Positions 52,089 to 62,235 of a stretch of DNA of 64,000 bases are shown here, in pieces. The notes below the pieces were generated by a model. That model saw nothing but the letters and a program-made list of their open reading frames with translations, searched no databases and was not told the DNA's origin. The DNA comes from Candidatus Eiseniibacteriota bacterium (GTDB taxonomy: Bacteria; Eisenbacteria; RBG-16-71-46): assembly GCA_963717935.1 (NCBI GenBank), contig CAVQXP010000002.1, positions 224,001-288,000 of the forward strand. Reading direction: 5' to 3'. Made by a program: the position numbers and the translations under genes. Position 1 is the stretch's first letter. Each line of letters opens with the position of its first letter.

Positions 52089-54810
52089 TTGACGGACACG
52101 ACCACGCCCGCGACGCCCGCCCCCAGGGCGGGCCACCCGACCCCCTTGATCGGGTCTGCTCGTCTTCCTCGCGGCCCTGGGCGTGTACCTGCGCACGCTC
52201 GCGCCGACGGTCCCGTTCTGGGACGCCGGCGAGTTCATCACCGTTTCGAAGATCCTGGGCGTCCCGCACCCGCCGGGCACGCCCCTCTACGTCCTCCTTG
52301 GGCGCATCGCGACGCTGGTGCCGATCGGCAACATCGCCCAGCGCGTGAACGGGCTCTCGGCGCTGTCCTCGGCGCTGGCGGTGCTGCTGACCTACCTGAC
52401 CACGCTGCGGCTGATCCGCATCGCGCAGCGCGGAGGCGTGGCGGGCCCCGCCCCCGTGGCGGTCCCGGACGCGCTGGCGAAGTCGCCGGGCCTGCTGGCC
52501 ACGCTGGGCGCGGAGTGGCTGGCCCAGCTGGGGGCCGTCACGGCGGCCTTCATGCTCGCCTTCTCGAGCAACTTCTGGGACAACGCCACCGGGGCCGAGG
52601 TCTACTCGATGATGAGCCTGGCGCAGGTGCTGGTGCTCTGGCTGGCGCTGCGCTGGTGGGAGGCGCACGAGCGGCGGCCGACGGTGGGGCCGCTGCTCGT
52701 GGCCGTCTACGTGATGTGGCTGTCGGTGGGGTTGCACCTGGGTGTGGGGATGATGGGGCTGCCGCTGATCGTCCTGCTGCTGCTGGTGGACCGGAAGGTG
52801 TTCGTGCTGTTCGCCATGCCGATGGCCTCGGTGCTGGGCGTGACCTACGGTCTCGAGAAGATGGCGGGCATCGTCCTGACGCTCTCGATCCTGGTCTTCT
52901 GGTACTACGTCGGGCAGCGCAAGTTGCAGGCCTGGCTGGCGCTGGCGGCGACGGGCGGGGCGCTCTACGGCGCCTACTACGGCTTCGGGTCGGCCGCGTT
53001 CACGCCGCTGGCGATGCTGGTCTCGGTGGCGACGGTGGTGGTGCCGGTGGCGGCGCTGGCGCGGAGGCACCGCGAGGGGCGCATCCTGGCGCTGGCGCTG
53101 TTCCTGATGCTGGCGGGCTACTCGACCCACCTGTACCTGCCCATCCGCGCCGCGCAACAGCCGGCCATCAACATGGGCACTCCCTCCGACTGGCCGGCGC
53201 TGAAGCGCCTGCTCGAGCGCGAGCAGTACGGGCACAGCAGCATGTTCGTGCGGCGGGGCTCGCTGAGTTCGCAGCTGGACAAGGAGTTCTGGCGGTACTG
53301 GAAGCGGCAGTGGCCGCTGTCCAGCAACCTGAGGGTCGAGGGCGGGATCCCGGTGGAGGGCGAGCCGCGGCTCTGGCACGTGCTGCTGCCGCTGATGCTC
53401 GGCGGGTTGGGGGGCTTCTGGCAGGCGCGGCGGGAGCGGGTCACGTTCCTGACCATGCTGACGCTGTTCCTGTTCGCGACCGTGGGGATGATCCTGTTCC
53501 TGAACTTCAGCGATCACGAGGTGCGCGACCGCGATTACTTCTTCACGACCGGCTACCTCACGTACGCGATCTGGATGGGGCTGGGGCTGGTGGGGCTGGT
53601 GGGCTGGATCCGGGAGTCGTTCGAGCCGGGCAGGGGGCGGCGGGCGGCGACGGCGGTGGCGGCGGTGCTGCTGGCCGCGCAGCCGTTCGTGGTGATGCGC
53701 AACCTCTGGTTCAGCTCGGACAACAGCCGGAACACCGTGGCGCGGGACTACGCCTGGAACATCCTGGCGCCGCTGGCGCCGAACTCCTTCGTATTCACGA
53801 ACGGCGACAACGACACCTACCCGCTCTGGTACATCCAGCAGGTGGAGGGCTTCCGCAAGGACGTCCGGGTCGTGAACCTGAGCCTGCTCCAGACCGACTG
53901 GTACATCTTCCAGTTGCGCGATGACGAGCCGAAGGTGCCGGTGAACCTGCCCGACGACGTCATCCGCGTGCTCGGAGGCGGGGCGTTCCGGGACAGCTCG
54001 GGCCGCCTCATCTACACGAACGAGTTCATGGTGGGACACATCATCGAGCAGTCGCGGCGCGACGGGGGCTGGATCAAGCAGCCGTACTTCGCGGTGACGG
54101 CGCCCGAGCACTACGGCCTCGACCCCTATTTCTCGCTCGAGGGGCTGGTCTACCGGGTGAACCCGGACACGCTGCAGGGTGCGATCGACGTGCCGGCGAC
54201 CGAGCGCAACCTGTACCACCGGTTCCGCTACGACGGGCTGTTCAACCCCGACGGCTCCTGGGACCGCACCGCCTTCAAGGACGATAACGCTTCGACGCTC
54301 ACGCGCAACTACGCCTCGGCGCACATGCAGCTCGCGTTCCACTACCGGCGACAGGGCCAGCTCGATCGCGCCATCGTGGAGATGGAGCGGGTGCAGCGCA
54401 TGTTCCCGGATTACACCGACGTGCTGATTTGGCTGGGCGGCTTCTACATGGAGAAGGGCGACACGGCCGGGGCGGCGACGCTCTTCCGCTCCCTCGTGCA
54501 GCAGCAGCCCGACGATCCCGAGGTCCACTACTTCTACGGGGTCACGCTGGCCTTCCAGCGCGACGCGGCGGGGGCGTTGCGCGAGTTCGACACGGCGATC
54601 CAGCTGGACCCGGCCTACGCGCGGCCGTACTACGGCGCCTACTACACGCTGGGCCAGGCGGGGCAGGTCGAGCGGGCGCTGGGCTACCTGCAGCGGCTGG
54701 TGGAGGTGGACCCGGCGGAGCAGCAGGCGCAGGGTATCCTGCAGATGATGCGGCCCCAGGCGGTGCGGGACGCACCCATCCCGTCCCCGCAGTTCTCGGA
54801 GCAGCCCTGA
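52089..54810 (+). CDS. DUF2723/TMEM260-like GT-C glycosyltransferase with TPRs, copy 2; apparent +1 frameshift at about 52155 (open frame from 52156/52183)
   Basis: Motifs WDAGEF, HPPG, AEVY, NGDNDTYP and a TPR tail. GGAGG-TTG start at 52089 matches the copy 1 start but is out of frame by one base. Confidence 0.82.
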
Positions 54811-54817
54811 GAGGAGG

Positions 54818-55783
54818 ATGCCCATGGCCGAGTCGCACGCGTTGGTGACCGGAGCCGCAGGGTTCATCGGCTCCCACCTGGTCGAGCGCCTGCTCGCGAG
54901 CGGGACGCGGGTGACCGGCGTGGACGGCTTCACCGACTACTACGACCCGGCACTCAAGCGCGCGAACCTCGCCGGGCCGCTGGCGGATGGCCGCTTCCGC
55001 TTGCTCGAGCTGGACCTGGGCGAGGCCGACCTGGCCACACTGCCCGAGGTCGACGTCGTCTTCCACCTGGCCGCCCAGCCCGGTGTGCGCGCCTCGTGGG
55101 GAGCCGAGTTCGCCACCTACACTCACCACAACGTGCTCGCCACCCAGCGGGTGCTCGAGCGCTACCGCGGGAGCCGTCTCGAGCGCTTCGTCTACGCCTC
55201 GTCGTCGTCGGTCTACGGGGACGCCGAGCGCTATCCGACGCCCGAGGACCTGCTGCCGCGGCCGTTCTCGCCCTACGGCGTCACCAAGCTCGCGGGCGAG
55301 CACCTGGTGCTGCTCTACGGCCGCAACTTCGGTCTGCCGGGGGTGGCGCTGCGCTACTTCACGGTCTACGGTCCGCGCCAGCGCCCCGACATGGCCTTCC
55401 ATCGGTTCTGCCGCGCGATGCTGCGCGGCGAGCCCATCACGGTCTACGGCGACGGCTCGCAGTCCCGCGACTTCACCTTCGTCGCCGACGCCGTGGAGGC
55501 CACCTTCCTCGCCTGGGAGCGCGGCGGTGGCCCGGCGTCCTATAACGTCGGCGGGGGCTCCCAGGTCGAGGTCCGCGAGGCCGTCGCCCTGCTCGAGCGG
55601 CAGCTCGGGGTGAAGGCGCTCGTGCGCCACGAACCGACGCCTCCGGGCGATCCTCTCCGCACGCGCGCAGACTCGACCCGGCTGCAGGCGGCGCTGGGGA
55701 TGGTTCCCTCGGTCGGCATCGAACAGGGGCTCGCCGCCGAGGCCGAGTGGGCGCGCAGGCTCTACGGGGAGGGCCGTCGATGA
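54818..55783 (+). CDS. NAD-dependent nucleotide-sugar epimerase/dehydratase
   Basis: Motifs TGAAGFIG, HLAAQPGVR, SSSSVYG, YGVTK and RYFTVYGPRQRPDMA. Confidence 0.92.
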   Translation: MPMAESHALVTGAAGFIGSHLVERLLASGTRVTGVDGFTDYYDPALKRANLAGPLADGRFRLLELDLGEADLATLPEVDVVFHLAAQPGVRASWGAEFATYTHHNVLATQRVLERYRGSRLERFVYASSSSVYGDAERYPTPEDLLPRPFSPYGVTKLAGEHLVLLYGRNFGLPGVALRYFTVYGPRQRPDMAFHRFCRAMLRGEPITVYGDGSQSRDFTFVADAVEATFLAWERGGGPASYNVGGGSQVEVREAVALLERQLGVKALVRHEPTPPGDPLRTRADSTRLQAALGMVPSVGIEQGLAAEAEWARRLYGEGRR

Positions 55784-56769
55784 GCCCGGTGGCGCCGATG
55801 ATGGCGGGCGGCGGCGACCCTGACGCGCGGGGGGGCCTCATCACGGTGGTGATCCCGGCCTGGAACGAGGCCGAGAGCCTGCCCGAGCTGCAGCGGGAGC
55901 TGGCCGCGGTCCTCGACGGCCTGGGCCGGCCCTGGGAGGTGCTCTACATCGACGACGGCTCGCGCGATGGCACGGACCAGGTCATCGAGCGGCTCGCCGC
56001 CGCCGACCCGCGGGTGCGTGGCGTCTCGTTCCGCGGCAACTACGGCAAGGCCGCCGCGCTGGCGACCGGTTTCCGGCTGGCCCGTGGCGAGTGGGTCGTG
56101 ACGCTGGACGCGGACCTGCAGGACGACCCGGTCGAGCTGCCGAAGCTGATCGAGGCGCTCGAGGGCGGGCTCGACCTGGTCTCGGGCTGGAAGCAGAAGC
56201 GGCAGGACCCGTTCACCAAGCGCTTTCCCTCGAAGGTCTACAACCTCGTGACCTCCTGGGTCGTGGGCCTGCGCCTGCACGACTTCAACTGCGGCTTCAA
56301 GCTCTACCGCCGCGAGGTGACCGAGGCGATCCAGGTCTACGGCGAGTTGCACCGCGTGCTGCCGGCGCTCGCGCACTGGCAGGGCTTCCGGGTGGGCGAG
56401 GTGCCGGTGCGGCACCGCGCGCGCCGGCACGGCCGCAGCAAGTTCGGGGTGGCGCGCTTCGCGAACGGCTTCCTCGACCTGACCTCGGCGGCCTTCATCT
56501 CGACCAGCGCGCTCAAGCCTCTGCACGTCTTCGGCCGCATCGGCGGACTGTTCCTGATCATCGGCAGCGGAATCTCGCTGTGGTTCCTGGGACAGTGGGC
56601 CGCCGGCACGCCGATGCGCACGCGCCCGCTCATGCTGTTTGCCGGCTGGTGCCTGCTCAGCGGCATCCAGTTCATCTTGATGGGCCTGCTGGGCGAGATG
56701 ATCGCCCACATGCGGTCGCACTCCGAGTATCCGGTGCGGCGGCGCTACAACCTGGACGATCCTGCATGA
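55780..56769 (+). CDS. GT2 polyprenol-phosphate glycosyltransferase (ArnC/GtrB/DPM1-like, two C-terminal TM helices)
   Basis: Motifs DDGS.D, N.GKAAAL, DADLQDDP, DFNCGFK.YR, GELHR and SKFG. Confidence 0.9.
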   Translation: MSPVAPMMAGGGDPDARGGLITVVIPAWNEAESLPELQRELAAVLDGLGRPWEVLYIDDGSRDGTDQVIERLAAADPRVRGVSFRGNYGKAAALATGFRLARGEWVVTLDADLQDDPVELPKLIEALEGGLDLVSGWKQKRQDPFTKRFPSKVYNLVTSWVVGLRLHDFNCGFKLYRREVTEAIQVYGELHRVLPALAHWQGFRVGEVPVRHRARRHGRSKFGVARFANGFLDLTSAAFISTSALKPLHVFGRIGGLFLIIGSGISLWFLGQWAAGTPMRTRPLMLFAGWCLLSGIQFILMGLLGEMIAHMRSHSEYPVRRRYNLDDPA

Positions 56770-57479
56770 GGGTCTTCATCCTCGCGGGCGGTCTCGGGAC
56801 CCGGCTCAAGCCGCGCTTCGGCGAACTGCCCAAGCCGCTGGCGCCCCTGGGTGGCAGGCCGTTCCTGGCACGCCAGCTCGAGTGGCTGGCCGCCGCGGGG
56901 GTGCGCGACGCCGTGCTGTGCACGGGCCATGGCGCGGAGGCGGTGCGCTCGGCGCTCGGCGACGGCGCGGCACTGGGCGTCGCGCTCCGGCACTCGGTGG
57001 AGGAGGAGCCGCTCGGCACGGGGGGGGCGCTGCAGCTGGCGGCGCGTTTCGTCACGGGGCCCTGCCTGGTGGCGAACGGCGACACGCTGGCCCCCTGCGA
57101 CCCCTGGGCGCTCGAGCGCGCGCGCTGGGAGAGCGGGGCGCTGGGCGCGGTGGCGCTCTTCCGCGTGGCGGACGCCGCGGGTCGCGGGCGCGTCGAGCTG
57201 GGGCCCGGCGGCGGGATCGCGCGCTTCGTCGAGAAGGACCCGGCGCACGCCGGGGCGGCGTGGGTCAACGGCGGGCTCTACGCCTTCGCGCCCGAGATGT
57301 GGCGGCGCATGCCCCGCCCGCCGGGCGGACGGACGGTCACGGCGTTCTCGCTCGAGCGCGAGGTGCTGCCGGCACTCGCCGCCGAGGGGCGGCTGGCGGC
57401 GCTCCCGGTCGAGGGGGAGTTCTTCGACATCGGCACGCCCGAGGGCTGGGAGCGGGCGGAGCGGAGGTTCGGCTCGTGA
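56766..57479 (+). CDS. Sugar-1-phosphate nucleotidyltransferase, HddC-like
   Basis: Motifs LAGGLGTRL, PKPLA, EPLGTGGAL, NGDT, FVEK and FFDIGTPE; adjacent to the hddA-like gene. Confidence 0.85.
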   Translation: MRVFILAGGLGTRLKPRFGELPKPLAPLGGRPFLARQLEWLAAAGVRDAVLCTGHGAEAVRSALGDGAALGVALRHSVEEEPLGTGGALQLAARFVTGPCLVANGDTLAPCDPWALERARWESGALGAVALFRVADAAGRGRVELGPGGGIARFVEKDPAHAGAAWVNGGLYAFAPEMWRRMPRPPGGRTVTAFSLEREVLPALAAEGRLAALPVEGEFFDIGTPEGWERAERRFGS

Positions 57480-58501
57480 GGACCGCTTCCTATTTCCGCG
57501 CGCGTGCGCCGCTCCGGATCTCGTTGTGCGGCGGTGGCACCGACGTCTCGCCCTATCCCGAGGAGCACGGTGGCATGGTGCTCTCGGCCACCATCAACCA
57601 GTACGCCTACGCCTCGTTGCGCCCGCGGCGGGACTCGCGGCTGACGCTCGCGAGCCTCGACTACGACGTGGTGGCCCGCTACGACCACCCGCGCCGCATG
57701 AAGCTCGACGGCAACCTGGACCTCATCAAGGCGGTGGTGCGCGCCTTCAAAGTGCGCCGGGGCGCCGGCCTCTGGGTCCACTCGGACGCGCCTCCCGGCT
57801 CGGGGCTGGGCTCCTCCTCGACGCTGGTGGTGGCCCTGATCGGCGTGATGAGCGAGTGGCTCGGGCGGCCCATGCCCGGCTACGAGGTGGCCGAGCTGGC
57901 GTACCGCATCGAGCGCGTGGATCTGGGGCTCGCGGGCGGGCGGCAGGACCAGTACGCATCGGCCTTCGGAGGTTTCAACTTCATCGAGTTCAACGCCGAC
58001 GGCACGGTGGTGAACCCGCTGCGCATCCGCACCGACGTCCTGAACGAGCTCGAGTACCGCCTTCTGCTCTGCTACATGGGGCAGACCCGCCAGTCGGCGA
58101 AGATCATCGAGCGCCAGACCGCGGCCTACCGCGCGGGCCAGGCGTCCGTGGTGGAGGCGCTGCACCGGCTCAAGAGCGAGACGCTCGAGATGAAGAAGGC
58201 CCTGCTGCTCGGCAAGGTGGACGCGCTGGGCGAGCTGCTCCACCAGGCGTGGGAGTCCAAGAAGCGGCTGGACGAGGGCATCTCGAACGACCATGTGGAC
58301 GAACTCTACCGGCTCGCGCGTCGCGAGGGCGCCATCGGCGGCAAGATGCCGGGTGCGGGTGGCGGTGGCTACTTCCTGCTGCTCACGCGCTTCGACCGCA
58401 AGCACCGCGTGGCGGCGGTGCTGGAGAAGCACGGCGGCCAGGTGGTGCCCTTCCAGTTCGAGCGCCGCGGCCTCGTGACCTGGGCCTCGGGCGCGCGCTG
58501 A
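57476..58501 (+). CDS. hddA: GHMP sugar kinase, D-glycero-alpha-D-manno-heptose-7-phosphate kinase-like
   Basis: Motifs RAPLRIS..GGGTD, PPGSGLGSSS, GG.QDQY...FGGFN and GGK..GAGGGG. Confidence 0.8.
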   Translation: MRTASYFRARAPLRISLCGGGTDVSPYPEEHGGMVLSATINQYAYASLRPRRDSRLTLASLDYDVVARYDHPRRMKLDGNLDLIKAVVRAFKVRRGAGLWVHSDAPPGSGLGSSSTLVVALIGVMSEWLGRPMPGYEVAELAYRIERVDLGLAGGRQDQYASAFGGFNFIEFNADGTVVNPLRIRTDVLNELEYRLLLCYMGQTRQSAKIIERQTAAYRAGQASVVEALHRLKSETLEMKKALLLGKVDALGELLHQAWESKKRLDEGISNDHVDELYRLARREGAIGGKMPGAGGGGYFLLLTRFDRKHRVAAVLEKHGGQVVPFQFERRGLVTWASGAR

Positions 58502-58522
58502 GCGGGCCCCGGGCGACCGCTC

Positions 58523-59689
58523 ATGACCAGGGAGACGACGCCCATGCGCATCGCGCTGGTGGGACCGCTGGCACCCTGGCGCGGGGGGCTGGCGCAATAC
58601 CTCGCTCTGCTGGGCGAGGCGCTGGCGAAGAGCGCCGAGGTGCGCGGCGTGACCTTCACCCGCCAGTACCCGGGCCTGCTCTTCCCCGGCGGTTCCCAGC
58701 TCGACCCCGCGGCGGAGCGCCCCGGTTTCCCGGTCGAGTCCCTGCTCGACTCGATCGGGCCGCTCTCCTGGCGCCGCACCGCGGCGCACCTGGAGCGTTT
58801 CGCCCCCGGGGCCGTCATCCTCAAGTGGTGGATGCCCTTCTTCGCCCCGGCCTTCGCCTCGGCCGTGGGGTCTTTGCGCAGACGTGGCACGCGCGTGGTG
58901 CTGGTGTGCGACAATCTGGTCCCGCACGAGCACCGGCCCTTCGATCGGGAGCTGACCCGCTGGATGCTGCGCAACTCGGACGGGTACCTCGTCATGTCGG
59001 AGAGCGTGGAGCGTGACCTCTCCTCGCTCAAGCCCGGCGCGCCCCTGCGCCGCGTGCCGCACCCGCTCTACGCCCAGTTCGACCGTGGGCGCTTCACCCG
59101 CGCGAGTGCGCGTGCCCGGCTCGGCCTGGACGCGGACGGCGAGATCGCGCTGTTCTTCGGCTACGTGCGCCGCTACAAGGGGCTCGACACCCTGCTCGAG
59201 GCGTGGCCGCGGGTGCGTGCGCGCCGGCCCGTCACTCTGGTCGTGGCCGGTGATTTCTACGAGGACGCCGCGCCCTACCGTGCGCAGGTCGCGATGGCGG
59301 GGGAGGGCGTGGTGCGCCTGAGGGAAGGCTACCAGTCCGACGAAGACGTCGAGGCGCTGTTCAAGGCCGCCGACGTGGTGGTGCTGCCCTACCGCACGGC
59401 CACGCAGAGTGGCGTGACCCACGTGGCGTACGCGATGGGCGTGCCGGTGATCACCACCGACGTGGGCGGCCTGGCCGAGACCGTGCGCCCCGGCGAGACC
59501 GGGCTCGTGGTGCCGCCCGCGGACCCGGTCGCGCTCGCCGCGGCGATCGTGCGCTTCTTCGAGGAGGGACTGGCCCCGCGGATGCGCGAGGGCGTGCGCG
59601 CGCTGCGGGCGGCGCACTCGTGGGACGTGCTGGCGGAGCATGCGATCGAGCTGGTGGACGGGCTCGCGCCCACGCGGGGCTGGCGGTGA
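58523..59689 (+). CDS. Glycosyltransferase family 4
   Basis: Motifs P.RGG.AQY, FFGYVRRYKGLD, LPY..ATQSGV and TDVGGL.E. Confidence 0.9.
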   Translation: MTRETTPMRIALVGPLAPWRGGLAQYLALLGEALAKSAEVRGVTFTRQYPGLLFPGGSQLDPAAERPGFPVESLLDSIGPLSWRRTAAHLERFAPGAVILKWWMPFFAPAFASAVGSLRRRGTRVVLVCDNLVPHEHRPFDRELTRWMLRNSDGYLVMSESVERDLSSLKPGAPLRRVPHPLYAQFDRGRFTRASARARLGLDADGEIALFFGYVRRYKGLDTLLEAWPRVRARRPVTLVVAGDFYEDAAPYRAQVAMAGEGVVRLREGYQSDEDVEALFKAADVVVLPYRTATQSGVTHVAYAMGVPVITTDVGGLAETVRPGETGLVVPPADPVALAAAIVRFFEEGLAPRMREGVRALRAAHSWDVLAEHAIELVDGLAPTRGWR

Positions 59690-61290
59690 GGCCGGCGCCC
59701 TCGGCCCGCCGGGGCTCGGCCGGCCGCACCGCCCTGGCGCTCGCGGTCACCGCGTTCCTGGTCTACGCCCTGACGGGAGGTGGGCGCGTAGTGGGCAGCG
59801 ACGAGGTCACCATGCTCGAGCTCTCTCGCGCCATGCTGCGCGGCGGCATCGTGGTGCCCGAGGGCTCGACCATCCCGGGGCCGGACGGGCGTCTCTACAC
59901 CAAGAACACCGCCGGCCAGGCGGTGCTCGCGCTGCCGCTGGTCGCGCTCTCCGAGACCGGGGCCGCCGCACTCGGGCTCGACCCCGCGAAGCGGGCGCTG
60001 GCCGTGCGCTTCGGCGCATCCTTCTTCGACGCCCTCGTGACCGCCCTGCTGCTCGGCGTGTTCTACGCGGGGGCGCGCGCCCTCGGCGCCGGGGGGGGCG
60101 CCGCGCTCGCGGGCGCGGCGCTGCTCGGCTTCACCACGCCCACGTGGATCTATGCCAAGAGTTTCATGGCCGAGCCCCTCCAGTCGCTCGGCCTGCTGCT
60201 CGTGCTGGTCGCCGCGGCGCTCCTGCCGGCGGCGCGGCCGCAGGCGCGCGGCCGGCTCGGATTCGTGGCCGGGCTCGGGGCGCTGATCGCGGTCTCGGCC
60301 AAGGTCACCATGCTGCCGCTGGCGCTGGCCTGCCTGGTGCCGCTGATCGGCGCGCCGCCCGGGACGTGGGTGGGGCCCGCGCTGGGGCTGGCGCTCGCGC
60401 TCGCCGGGCACGCGGCCTACGGCTGGGCGCGCTTCGGCACGCCCTTCGAGACCGGCTACGGCGCGCAGGCCTCACCCGCCGCCTTCAGCACGCCCGCGCT
60501 GGTCGGGCTCTACGGCCTGCTGCTCTCCTCGGGCAAGGGCGTGGCCTGGTTCGCCCCGGCGGTCTGGCTCGCCCCGGCCGGCTGGTGGACCGCGACGCGG
60601 CGGACCACCGCGCTGCGCGCAGCGGTGCCCGGCGGCAACCGGGCGCGCTGGAGCGAGCTGACTCCCGCCGGGCGGGCCGCGTGGGGCACGCTCGCGCTCT
60701 GGGCGGTCGGGCTGGCGATGTACTGCCGTTTCCAGCACTGGGCCGGCGACGGCTCCTTCGGGCCGCGCTACCTGGTGCCACTGCTGCCGCCGGCGTTCCT
60801 GCTGGTGGCCTTCGCGCTGCACCGCGCCTCGCGCGCACTGCGCCGCACCGCGCTCGCGCTCGGGATCCTCGGCCTGCTCGTCACGCTGGGGGGCGTGGGC
60901 GTCTACTTCGGCGCCCAGATGCGCGAGGCCGGCGACTACCCCTACACGCTGCCGCTCGAGGACCCGCGTTTCATGAGCGAGAGCCACTTCAATCCGCGCT
61001 ACAGCCCCATCGCGGGGCACTGGGCGATGCTGGCGCGCAACCTGGGCGAGCACCTCCGGGGCGCGATGCCGCGCATCTCGGGCACGGTCGCTCCCGACGC
61101 GCGGCTCGGCCTGAGCCCGGCGGACCAGGCCGCGCTGCTGCATGGGCTCGACTTCTGGTGGCTCTATGCGCTCTACGCCGGCACCCCCGCGCGGCCCGTG
61201 CTGGCGGGACTGCTGCTGCTGCTCGCGCTGACCGGGCTCACGCTGGCCTGGCTGCTCGCGGCCTGGCGCGCAGAGGCGCGCGCCGGATGA
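59686..61290 (+). CDS. Polytopic membrane protein, GT-C/ArnT-like phospholipid-carrier-dependent glycosyltransferase candidate
   Basis: Many TM segments; first-loop SDE, F.AEP, P..TGY and W.G..SFGPRYL.P. Confidence 0.68.
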   Translation: MRPAPSARRGSAGRTALALAVTAFLVYALTGGGRVVGSDEVTMLELSRAMLRGGIVVPEGSTIPGPDGRLYTKNTAGQAVLALPLVALSETGAAALGLDPAKRALAVRFGASFFDALVTALLLGVFYAGARALGAGGGAALAGAALLGFTTPTWIYAKSFMAEPLQSLGLLLVLVAAALLPAARPQARGRLGFVAGLGALIAVSAKVTMLPLALACLVPLIGAPPGTWVGPALGLALALAGHAAYGWARFGTPFETGYGAQASPAAFSTPALVGLYGLLLSSGKGVAWFAPAVWLAPAGWWTATRRTTALRAAVPGGNRARWSELTPAGRAAWGTLALWAVGLAMYCRFQHWAGDGSFGPRYLVPLLPPAFLLVAFALHRASRALRRTALALGILGLLVTLGGVGVYFGAQMREAGDYPYTLPLEDPRFMSESHFNPRYSPIAGHWAMLARNLGEHLRGAMPRISGTVAPDARLGLSPADQAALLHGLDFWWLYALYAGTPARPVLAGLLLLLALTGLTLAWLLAAWRAEARAG

Positions 61291-62195
61291 GGACGCTGGC
61301 GGTCGTGGTGCCCAACTGGAACGGACTCGAGGACACCCGCGCGCTGCTCCCCACGCTGGCGCACTGTCGCCTGCCCGACGGCTGGCGCCTGCACGTGCTC
61401 GTCGTGGACAACGGCTCGAGTGATGGCTCCGCGGCGGCGATCGGGCGCGAGTTCCCCGGCGTCGAGGTGCTGGCGCTGCCCGGGAACCGGCGCTTCGCCG
61501 GGGGCTGCAACGCCGGGCTCGAGCGCGCGCTCGGGCAGGGGGCCGACGCGGTGATGCTGCTCAACAACGACACCGAGGCGGAGCCGGGACTCTGTGAACG
61601 ACTGCTGCTCGCGCTCGAGCAGGACCCGCGCGCCGGCGCCGCGGCGCCGCTGATCTGCTTCCAGCAGCCGCCCGACGTGATCTGGTACGCGGGGGGACGC
61701 TGCGCGCCGGCGCTCGGGCTCGCGGCACACCGGGGGCTGAGGCAGCGCGACCGCGGGCAGTATCGCGCGGTCGAGCCGACCGGCTACCTCACCGGTTGCT
61801 GCCTGCTCGCCACGCGCGCGGCCTGGGAGCGGGTGGGGCTCCTGGACGAGCGCTACTTCATCTACGCCGAGGACGCGGACTGGTGCCTGCGGGCACGGGC
61901 GGCCGGCTTCCGCCTGCTCTTCGTCCCGGCCGCGCGGCTCCGGCACAAGGTCTCGGCCAGCTCCGGGGCGGCGAGCCCCTGGAAGATCTACCAGCGCCTG
62001 CGCGCGAATCTGACGCTGTTCGCGCGCCACGCGCGGGGCGTGGGCCGCGTGACCTGGTTGCCCTGCTTCCTGGTGCAGCAGGGCGCGCTGTGGCTGTGGC
62101 TGCTGATGCGTGGGCGGAGCGCGGCCGCCGCCGCGGTGCCGCGCGCGTTGTGGGACGCGATGCGCGGCCGGCCGCCCGAGGAGTGGGAGCCATGA
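61287..62195 (+). CDS. Glycosyltransferase family 2 (rhamnosyltransferase-like)
   Basis: Motifs PNWNG, VDNGSSD, FAGGCN, LLNND, GCCLL, YFIYAED.D and H..SAS. Confidence 0.9.
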   Translation: MRTLAVVVPNWNGLEDTRALLPTLAHCRLPDGWRLHVLVVDNGSSDGSAAAIGREFPGVEVLALPGNRRFAGGCNAGLERALGQGADAVMLLNNDTEAEPGLCERLLLALEQDPRAGAAAPLICFQQPPDVIWYAGGRCAPALGLAAHRGLRQRDRGQYRAVEPTGYLTGCCLLATRAAWERVGLLDERYFIYAEDADWCLRARAAGFRLLFVPAARLRHKVSASSGAASPWKIYQRLRANLTLFARHARGVGRVTWLPCFLVQQGALWLWLLMRGRSAAAAAVPRALWDAMRGRPPEEWEP

Positions 62196-62235
62196 GGACC
62201 TGGACGATCCGGCGCGTGCCGTGGCGGGGGGGCGG

